NCBI GenBank assembly: GCA_032718475.1
Contig: JAUCBJ010003252.1
Location: 1-64,000, forward strand
DNA length: 64,000 nucleotides
Direction: 5' to 3'
Origin: Nemertoderma westbladi
Lineage: Eukaryota > Animalia > Xenacoelomorpha
The position numbers and the translations under genes are program-made. Of the stretch, positions 48,979-58,584 are shown piece by piece. The notes beneath the pieces are model-generated. The model made no database searches and was not told the origin of the DNA. It was given only the letters and a program-made list of their open reading frames with translations. The stretch's first letter is position 1. Each line of letters begins with the position of its first letter.

Positions 48979-51900
48979 ATTTTTAATTCCAAAACACTGT
49001 TGGTAGTTAAAGTGGCGAATTATAAACTCTATTGTAAATTACATAAATTTATATATAATATAAATTTTTGGTAAATACATAAACAGCAAATGGAATTGAA
49101 ACCCAATTTTTTGTTAGAACATTTTTTTCTCATATTTTTAAGGATTGTATTTAAATCGCATGGCAGCGTTATATAGTTATTTATATAAACGTATTTGAAA
49201 TAAAAACATTTTATTCTTTTTGATTCGAATATCCCCCAAAATCGGGAGAAAAGGCATTGAATTTACTTTTTTCCCGGCGAAAAATGCAAAATATTGAAAA
49301 TAAGAAAATGTGAAAATATTTTTGGTGGAATTTCTTAAATTTTATTACATGAATCGAAAGAGCATCGAAGTACTGTAGAAAAGGTTTGCACGCAATATGA
49401 GCAAAATCCATGCACATACTCAAAAGTTATTGAAACTAGTGTCGGCTAGAAGTACTCAAAAACGGAACTCAATATCCATTATTGGTTTGTACTGTAGTTG
49501 AGCTGCTCTCAACTTAAATGAATAAATATTCCAGAATATTTAATTATTAACATTGAGTAAGTCAGCATCATGAGTTGAAAGGTAGAATGATTGGATATTA
49601 CTGTAGTTACTGTAACACTACTTTGTTTTATATATTTTACTAAGGAATGAAGCAACAAAAAAGTACCAATTTAAGAATAAAATTACGTACAATTTTTTTA
49701 AATATTTCCCTCTAACATTTATAAACCTCGCTTGTGCTCGGTAAATGAAATACCACGAGAAGAATGAAAAAAAGTTCTACTTTTTACTTCTACTCAAATT
49801 TTTGAAAATTTAATATTGTAATTGGTTAAATTATTCTAGAAAGCTGTTGTAATGATAACCACGATATATTAAAGGCTCGATTTATAATTTAAAACACGCC
49901 TTTATAGGTGGTCACTGTAAAAAAAATAAATTAAATTTGAAAAAATTTCAAATTTTTTTTATTGATTTTAGATACCTTTTACTGTATAACGCTCCCATGC
50001 GATATAAATACAACCCTTTGTTAAAAAATTTTTATCGCAGATTCCGAATTTGACACTCAATTTGCTTCAAACGCAACCGAAAATGGACGTACAGGCGGTT
50101 TCCCATCCCATATATCAATGACACTTTTTAGTTACGATCATGACATAACTTGCCGTTACGCAAGTGACACACATTTTCTATGATTACTCAACACAAAAGT
50201 TATTTAATACAACATTTTTTGTATGATTACAATTCTAAACTATCTGATTACGGTCTAAAAAAATTATGCCAGCAGATTAATAAACAGCACAGATTTTTTA
50301 AATTACAATATCGTAAATTTATTGCCGGTGATTTTCAGGTTACGCCCGTGACTCGACTTCATTAGCTTATTACTTGCTACAACAATTACTTGTGAAGTCG
50401 GCAATATCTAAATCTGAATAAACAAGATGTCTGCATGATTGACGCAAAAAAAATTTGAAAAAAAAGTAATTTTAGTGCCCGAAATTATTTCTTACAATTT
50501 TCAAAACGTGTCTCAGCGTTACGACCGTGACGGTGGAATTGCCCATCTATGGACTGATTCACTTTGTGCCTTATTCTGGATTCGAAAAGGTTCAGCCAAA
50601 AAGGATATTTTTGTAAATAATAGACTCTCTGAAATAAACAAAAATACAGAATCAGCAATGTGGCGTTATGTTTCCACAACCCAAAATCCCACAGATATTT
50701 CTTCATGTGGGTGTAGCCTATCTAGGTTGGCAGTAAATTACTTATATTTGAATGGACCTGAGTTTCTCAGATATCCATAGTCATCATGGCCAATTGAGCC
50801 TACACCCCTCCTCAACTTCTAACCATTGAAGCCATAGAACTATTGTCAGAATGTTCTTTACTGAAGCTAGAGGATTATTCAAACATTAATAAACCTGTTA
50901 GGATATTAGCCTGGATATTCCGATTTGTACATAGTATAAAGAATCCAAAATCAATGACAAAAATATCTTTGTCTGGTTCTGAACATAGTTATTCATTGAA
51001 CTCTTTGAATCTTATTGGATTCTTATTTCGATAGAACAACATCGCCATTATGTAAAAGAAATCAAGTCACTGAAGTCTAATTCGAACAATTTAAGTCAGA
51101 GCTCCTCCATTTGGCGCCTTCATCCAGTAGTTATGAATAATTTACTTATGATGAAGCCTCGTACCAATGAGCCTCCACTTCCTATACTTCCTTGTAGAAG
51201 TTACCTAACTAAACTTATTGTATATGATATTCATAGTTGTATTATGCATCAAGGTGCTGAAGCAACCTTAGCTCAGGTTAGAAGAAAATATTGGATACCT
51301 CATGGAAGGTCGTTGGTACGTCAGTTGATTTATAATTGCAAACCTTGTCTTCGTTACCGAGCTCAACCTTATGATACTTCAGAATCATATCTTCAGCCAT
51401 TTAGAGGTCAACCAATAGCGCCATTTACTAAATCTGGACTTCATTTTTTTGGACCCTTGTATTTAGAAAATAACACTAAGGTTCAGTGTTTATTGTTTAC
51501 ATGTGCAGCTACAAGAGCTGTACATCTTGAGTTGGTTGATGATGGTTCCGCAGCCAATACACATCTTACTATACGAAAATTCTTAGCCCGATGTATACCA
51601 CCTTTGTATCCTGTTAAGTTATACTCAGATAATGCTCGAACATTCACCAAATTGTCAACTATGAGATTCCCACGTCACCTTGTTACATGGAAATTCATAC
51701 CAGCAAGATCCCCACATTGGGGTGGGTGGTGGGAGCGCCTAGTTCGACTAGCCAAAACATGTTTGCGAATATCGTGTCATGGTCGTAAGTTTACGAGATC
51801 CCAGTTGGAAGCAGCTCTAGTAGATTTTGCAGCTGTAATGGATATCCTACCTATCAGTATCAGAATCACCTATCAGGTTCCTGCCTACTAACCGGTATGT

Positions 51901-52974
51901 ATGCCGCGACCTCCGGGTCCAATCCCGTCATTCGCGCTGCCCTATCACCTACACTATCTCTCCCAGCATGGCCTATAGTATGTGCAGTAAGGCCTACAGT
52001 ATGTCCTGCAGTCTGCCTGTGTCCCTCCGGATCGAAGTTTAATCTTCTCGAATATTCCGAGAACTCCTCCACGCGATTACCATATCGTCGATCAGCAGCT
52101 ACGTTCCGACATAAGTTTCCCTCCGAGGCCCTCCTCTGTCTTCCTCCTCGTATCGATCGGTACACTTTGAACCCCTCTCCCGGTGTGTGGTATATTTCGC
52201 CAGGTTGTGTTTCTCTGGGGTGACGGCAATCTCCTGGACTACGACCCCACCTGCTCTCTCATAGTTCGACTATCGATGGATCACTGTCCGTCCTCTCTGG
52301 ATGTCTCTTGACGATCATGGGGCTTCTGCTGCCCCCCCCCCCCCCACCCCCCCCCCCTCTCCTCCGTCATCGGGAGTATTTCCCATCGACATCTGTGGAG
52401 CATTTCCCCCCCCCCCTCGTCATTAATTGGTTGCGGTGATGTGCCCGTAGCACCCCCCCCCCCCACCCGTCACTTCTCACTTTGCCCCCATGCCCATGTT
52501 CTCCCCCAGTCGACACGTTAGTTCTATTCTCCCTGGGTTTATTCACCCACATTCCTCCCTGCGCAACTGCGTGGCCTTGTAGGCCCCCTCTAGGCAAATT
52601 CGTTGGTCAGGTCAGGTATTCTAGGTCATTGATCAAGAAAACTTGCCACCTCCATGCAGCATAAAGGAGGTGCACCAGTAGCTGCATAGACTCTCTTACT
52701 AGGGCATATCTGGTCCTGTAACTAGGACCCCCATCGTTCTGGGATAAGGATGCCGTTGGTCCTGGATTAAGGACCCATATACTTGGCTGCAAGGGTATAT
52801 GGCCTGGCCAGGCATATGGTGATCTATCAATGGCTGGTCAGGAGTAGAGTGTTCTCATGTCCACTCTGAGTACACTTCACTGCGACCTGCACCTGGCAGC
52901 AGGGGTACATGGCATGACCCAGCAGATGAGCTGCACAGCCAATGGTGGGTCATGTGCGCCAGAGTAGATATGGA

Positions 52975-53143
52975 TACTACTACTAGGATCGGCATGCTGC
53001 ATAGCAGCTGCATTTTTAAGAATGCTGTGCCGGCTTGTCAACAAAATTGCACCGCCACAACTCCCTATCACCCATGACATTTGCTAGATCATCCGCATCT
53101 TTAAGGCCAGTGTCCTTTAAGATGCGTCTCAAGAAAGTCATGG
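52975..53143 (-). mobile_element. RTE family B short 3'-end fragment
   Basis: Reverse complement of about 32997-33160, including the (TAG)n tail. Confidence 0.9.
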
Positions 53144-53883
53144 ATGACGGGCCTCATATCTGACTCCACTGCGACACCCACCCTGTGGAACGGCAAACCA
53201 GGGTGTGGTATTTGCCCCAAGAGCTGACTCGGCAAAAAAGCACCCCCCAACCCCCCACTATGGATTACATTAGTAATGCGGAGGTCCGGCCACTAGAGGC
53301 CAGTAGAATTACCAGACACAATCGGCCTCACAGGCGTCAGTTATCTCCTGACCGGCTGCCAGTCTCACCCCCTACTGAGAGAGAGAAGCCAACAATTCTT
53401 TCAATTCAACAATTCTTTCCTTCCTTTCCTGATGACCTTTCTGGCCCAAACCCTGGGTCACCAGGGAGGCCAGATTGTGAGGTGGAGAGGGATTCTGGAG
53501 TTGGAGGCTACTCTCATGTTCCACCCCGACCAACAAAGCCATTGGTGAATCTGAGGTTGCAATAATTTAGAATAGCAAACCGCACAATTTTCATTTAAAA
53601 TATCCATTTTCCACGTAAGTGTTGGGGTGAAAAATCTTAAAGTAAATTGAAAATAATAAAAGGTACTCTATAATTACCGCAATACATGTCAAGCAAATCT
53701 GATATACTGTATATACAAATACTACAATTTTCGATTATTAAAAATTTGATTTATCGTAGTTAAGAAAATCACAATTCTGAAAGTAATCATAAAAATGTTT
53801 ATAATATAATCGAAAAAGTCAAGAATCGATGAGATTATCAACAAATTGACATTATCTGTTGATTCTTTGGGCTCGATAAAGGT

Positions 53884-54255
53884 TTATTTTGAAATCATTA
53901 CTATAAAGAAACACATAATTTCGTAGGGATTATGATGATGTAGTTTTATTTCAAACTTTTCACCACCCTTGTTGTATTGTGTAATAACAATTAACCCGTC
54001 TATCATTGATAATAGTAAGATGTTGATTAATTTTCCTCCGTGGTCATCTTTTAGGTTGTAATCTAAGAGATGAATGAAATTTTCAGTAGCCTCAATATCG
54101 ATTGTACTTAAAACTTTCCTTGCCTTTTCAGAAAAAACGATTTTATAATTATCATCACCTTGAAGGGAAATAGTATAATCAATAATAATATACAGCTCGC
54201 CATCTTCTGAAAAAAATGAATGTCTTACTATTGGCATATCCATATCGGAAGACAT
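53884..54255 (-). CDS. Orphan 123-aa intronless ORF inside the long-TIR element
   Basis: Uninterrupted ATG-to-TAA ORF in very AT-rich DNA, with globular-protein-like composition and an A/T-rich leader aataaattaaataATG. No recognised motif. Confidence 0.5.
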   Translation of the reverse strand: MSSDMDMPIVRHSFFSEDGELYIIIDYTISLQGDDNYKIVFSEKARKVLSTIDIEATENFIHLLDYNLKDDHGGKLINILLLSMIDGLIVITQYNKGGEKFEIKLHHHNPYEIMCFFIVMISK

Positions 54256-54880
54256 TATTTAATTTATTTTATTGTAAATCAAACAAAGTAAAATCTTTTA
54301 AACTAAAACCATTATAAATGATTAATTGTGATTAAAGTAAGAGATTATATTGGATATTTTCAAAATAAAACCCATAGGGAACAACGAATGGTGAATTGTA
54401 ATGCTATAAAAATATAATAAAAAAAGAAACGTGACACCAACGATGTGTAAAACCCTACAATATAATACACACATAGATTAAATACATGTAATACAATAGG
54501 TATAACTCGTAAATTGATAACATGGCAACGCAGCTACATGGTTGGTTGGTTGATGGAAATACGTGTACAATTATTGATTGTTGGGAATGAAATAGGAGGA
54601 ATCATTGAGTTGTAATCAATAACCGCAAAAAAGTTCAGTATAATAGATAGCGCAGTACAGCATAGCATAGTGTATGCGCGGTGTGTGTGCGAGTGTGACA
54701 GATGGAATGACACGTTGCCATGCGTAGAACTAGCTTTATATAGTTTGCTTAGTATGTGTAATATAATAATAATATAAGAGGGGGGCAACGACCGAAAGGA
54801 CGATACGATACAAAGCAATGCGATGAGTAACTGCGGGGGGAACGCAACCGCAACGCGATGTGGCTACGCGTAGTTGATTA

Positions 54881-55154
54881 TCGATTCTTTCAAGTATATG
54901 ATGCAAGTAGCAGATGGTCGTTGTAGAGTGAAATTGAGTGAATTTCAATAGTCCTCCCTACAGGATTCCCGTTGAAAAGCATATGGAGGACATTAGCCAG
55001 GATACACATTCTTCTACTACTGTTGCCCCAACTAGTCATGGGAAAACAGATTCTGAAGAAGGTGTATAAACTTAGTAGTAGGTTGGGTTCCCCGGAATTG
55101 GAACGCACTTTGTGGTACATGCTATTTTCTAACCAGGAAGATAGCATGGGGGAA
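54881..55154 (+). pseudogene. BEL pol continuation, then a deletion to the PPT
   Basis: DSFKY...KSIWRTLARI...LLLPQLVMGKQIL resembles BEL KRxILSxxARIFDPLGLLxP...K; purine tract atgggggaa precedes the LTR TG. Confidence 0.6.
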
Positions 55155-56659
55155 TGTTAGCGGATTCACTCTGCTATGCGCTTCCAACATATAAAATGCG
55201 GGGGGGGGGGGGGCAATTTAACAAGGCTAACAGTGACATCCAATAAGACATACCAACCAATGGATTACATTACGGTGGCCCATAACTGTCACAGTATATA
55301 AAAAGGAACGGCAGAAATTAAAAAGCCACGGCAGAAATTAAAGAAGCTACGGCAGAAATTAAAAAGCCACGGCAGAAATTAAAAAGCCACGGCAGAAATT
55401 AAAGAAGCTACGGCAGAAATTAAAAAGCCACGGCAGAAATTAAAAAGCCACGGCAGAAATTAAAGAAGCTACGCAGAAATTTAAAAGCCACGGCAGAAAT
55501 TAAAAAGCCACGACAGAAATTAAAGAAGCTACGGCAGAAATTTAAAAGCCACGGCAGAAATTAAAGAAGCCACGGCAGAAATTAAAAAGCCACGGCAGAA
55601 ATTAAAAAGCCACGACAGAAATTAAAAAGCCACGACAGACATTAAAAAGCAACTGCTATTGCTAGATTATATGAGTATGAGTGCCGACTGCAAGCTATTG
55701 CTATCGGCCAGTAAAAAAATAGGTAAAAAAATAATAAAAGAAATAGGTAAAAAAAGTAGAAAAAAAAGAAATGTAAAGGTAAGGTAAAAATAGTTAGGAA
55801 AAAATATTTGCGATAATGTATTGTAATAATCATGGCTTTTTAATTTCTGCCGTGGCTTTTTAATTTCTGCCGTAGCTTCTTTAATTTCTGCCGTGGCTTT
55901 TTAATTTCTGCCGTGGCTGTTTAATTTCTGCCGTGGCTTTTTAATTTCTGCCGTAGCTTCTTTAATTTCTGCCATGGCTTTTTAATTTCTGCCGTGGCTT
56001 TTTAATTTCTGCCGTAGCTTCTTTAATTTCTGCCGTTCCTTTTTATATCCTGTGACAGTTATGGGCCACCGTATTACATAGCTTGAAAGAGCTGGAATAA
56101 TAATCCACCCCCAGTGAGTCAAGGCCAAAGGGGATCAGCTATCTGGTGTGATATAAGGCAACCAATTGGAGGGCAGTTGTATCAACCACAAAAGCCAATG
56201 AGATGTGTAGGCCTGACAGGCCATATATTTTCTCTATCTATATTAACTATCAAGTGCGCAGTAATACTCAGTTGGCAATTTATATCTGTAGTAGATGAAT
56301 AGTTTTCACCACTCGCTCGCTGTGCTGTGCCATGCTATGTAATTGTACTACTACCAGTAAAACTTCCACACGAGCTGTAATGTTGGCCCCAGTTCCCTGG
56401 ACAACCATTATGACGCATTATATGAGTTTGCATTAGTTACTTTCACGTTTATTATGCAGTATGCCCTTCTTACTTACTGGTTGGTATACCATTATCTATA
56501 TAAATATATTTTTTTTGTGCTTCCCTGCTCGGGACCCTCGTTCTCTGGTTTGATTACTACATACAGTATATTACTGTAGTTTACTGAGTCTTTGTTATGG
56601 TCTATGTATATAATGTTTAATATGGGTGTACTTTGCCTGGTATAAATAAATAAATAAAA
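55155..56659 (+). mobile_element. Second copy of the BEL-type LTR, inverted relative to 31264-33547
   Basis: Starts TGTTAGCG after the PPT; diverged reverse complement of the left copy; joined to the same point in an EGF exon. Confidence 0.75.
55273..56071. mobile_element. Foldback/MITE-like element with TA TSD and arms built of 20/21-bp tandem repeats
   Basis: TA|cggtggcccataactgtcacag ... ctgtgacagttatgggccaccg|TA; arrays of cggcagaaattaaaaagcca / cggcagaaattaaagaagcta in opposite orientations. Confidence 0.9.
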
Positions 56660-56930
56660 ATGTGGCAGTTGTCTGTGTTTATCATCTATAAAATTATTTT
56701 AAATTCATTTTTAAGTAAATATAATTATACTATAAAAAAGAAAATGTTTTCACCTATGAAAAAAATTATGTTTGTAATTATTGTATGTCAATTTATTTAT
56801 TACCTGAACGTGTAGTGACACCAATCTCCTGTGAATTCAGACGTGCAACTACAACTAAATCCACCATCAGTATTGGAACAGTCAGCATTAATGTGGCAGT
56901 TGTCTGTGTTTAATGTACATTCATTATCAT
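56660..56930 (-). pseudogene. Inverted, degenerate cbEGF exons (56804-56930 with a 1-nt insertion; truncated exon about 56660-56685)
   Basis: Reverse complement of the array unit, including the intron; 127-nt exon with the last Cys lost. Confidence 0.88.
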
Positions 56931-56980
56931 CTATAAAATTATTTTAAATTCATTTTTAATTAGATATAACTATAGTTTAA

Positions 56981-58564
56981 CCCTTCCATGCATGCTGTGC
57001 CATATATGGAACACCTATTATTTTTAATTCTACGGAATGGAAACCTGCTCATAATATCCTAATCTTTGGTGGACTGGACATGTCTTGAATTCTATATTCT
57101 TGCAGTTGAAACACAATCTGTACACAAGATAGCATGTGGATTATTTTTATAATGCTTTAGAATGGGCCAGGTTTAAAATTGATAATTTCAAAAATTGACA
57201 GTTTTCAATGAGTTGTAATTTTCGATATATATGCCAGTGGTGGTTAAAAAACTATTTTCTAGTAAACAAATTATCGCTTTATAACCCAAAAATGCAAAAT
57301 TATTGTAAAAGTTTAGAATTTGTCCGTTAGAGTGAAAAATACAGGTGTTCCATATATGGCACAGTATGCAATAGAGACTTCAAGAAATGTTTACGTGTTT
57401 ACTGCATAGCGTGCCACAAATGGAACACCAACATCGTTTACTCTACCTGTCTGCCTGAATCCAGCTACTTATAGTCAGACTATTGTATATTTCAATCAGG
57501 CTTTCATTTATACATTTTCTTTTCTGTTTTAAATCTTTTATGAATCTACTGCACTAGACAACAGTTTGTCAATATCTTCTTAAATTACATTAAAAATATA
57601 GTGTTATTTAAATTTTATTAGTTTGAACAATTTATTGTATAACTTCACATTTTGTGTGGAATTTATGTGAACTGGTAATTATTCGATTGTATGTACAATT
57701 TGGCTTACTTTAATTGTAATATGGAATTGATGTGTGATTTGTATGTGTGACATGATATGTAAAAAGCAAAATGTAAAATGGATGATTCTTTTTTGGAAGA
57801 TGATCTTGAAGACGTTGAACAATTAAACATTGTCATATGAGCAGACTCGGATTATTCCTAGGTCGAAACCGAATAAGGATGAAGACAAATAAATTGTATT
57901 TTCGCATGTTTTACCATCTAATAGATCTAACTATTGTCAATAGTTGGATCTTGTTCGGGAAGGTTCATGGTCCAAGTTCTAACATGACCATCACATAGTT
58001 TTGGGAGAGTCTAGGAGTGACGATGTGCCGAATTGGATCTCAATCAATTTCCAAGTGCAAGAGGTGGTCGCCCAAGTACATTGTCTACAGAACCAAGAAA
58101 AAGGGAACCCCCACTTCCAAGAGACGATATCAGGCTTGACTGCACTGGCCATTGGCCTTCTTATGAACCAAAGCAACTGAGGTGTAAACTTTCAAACTGT
58201 AATAAAAGGACATTCGTTAGTTGCGAAAAATGCCATAAACTGCCTTATAATAAATGACATAAACCAATAAATGCCAAAAACTGCCTTATGTTTTAATAAA
58301 GATCAAAATTGTTTCAAAATTAAAATTAAAAGCAAATTGTTCTTCTAACTTCGTGGGAGTCGTGTTATGTGTTGTGCCATATATGGCCCATCATGCACTA
58401 AAGGGTTATGACTTTTTGTTACCTCTAATGCATATCGTGCCATATGTGGCACGCAGACAAAACGCACCATAGTTCAAAAACTGACCAATTTGCAGGTAAA
58501 AATATACCAGAAAATAGTTTTTTTTGAAAAAAATTGAAAAAAAATTAATTCATGCATGGAAGAG
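56981..58564 (+). mobile_element. Internally deleted piggyBac element with a transposase C-terminal remnant
   Basis: TTAA|cccttccatgcatg ... catgcatggaagag|ATAA. 58033-58257 reads GRPS...DDIRLDCTGHWP...RCK..NC...T.V.CEKC, a PGBD-type Cys-rich tail. Confidence 0.85.
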
Positions 58565-58584
58565 ATAAAAAAGAAGAAAGAAGA

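Larger units (their letters stand above)
44730..50544 (+). mobile_element. Sola2-type DNA transposon
   Basis: GGG termini; TIR gggcaattcca / tggaattgccc; 4-bp TSD ATCT at 44726-44729 and 50545-50548. Removal restores the BEL sequence RMHLWTDS. Subterminal repeats of gttacg(a/c)ccgtgac. Confidence 0.9.
43085..51860 (+). mobile_element. BEL/Pao internal region (protease-RT-RNaseH-integrase), decayed, split by Sola2
   Basis: Motifs ILIGAD, ETFFG.VLSGP, LWNLESVGI, FLPHH, RIVFNGS, SINSCLDPGP, ADIEAAF, LPFG, YCDD, FCDAS..AY, RLELMA, WTDS, NP.DI.S, H...MH...YWI...C..C, FTCAATRAVHLELV, SDNA, PHWGGWWERLV. Confidence 0.92.
39764..54882. mobile_element. Unclassified element with ~355-bp terminal inverted repeats (39764-40120 and 54534-54882), inflated by nested TEs
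   Basis: The two arms are diverged reverse complements starting ataatcaactacgcgtagccac. Their outer flanks read as contiguous halves of one BEL pol (..KALG..LNW | ..DSFKY..SIWRTLARI..LLLPQLVMGKQIL). Confidence 0.65.

Noticed and set aside
51890-53565. GC-rich segment with faint Gypsy gag/integrase-like words on the minus strand (AHDPPLA, AWPG)
   Set aside because: Motifs are too degraded to support a feature; the ORFs here look spurious.
39764-54882. Maverick/Polinton assignment for the long-TIR element
   Set aside because: No AG-start termini, 6-bp TSD, polB, integrase, ATPase or capsid ORF visible.
31264-56659. DIRS-like element with inverted LTRs
   Set aside because: Both repeats carry the same PPT-side flank and the same exon-side flank, and no tyrosine recombinase is present; an inverted duplication fits better.
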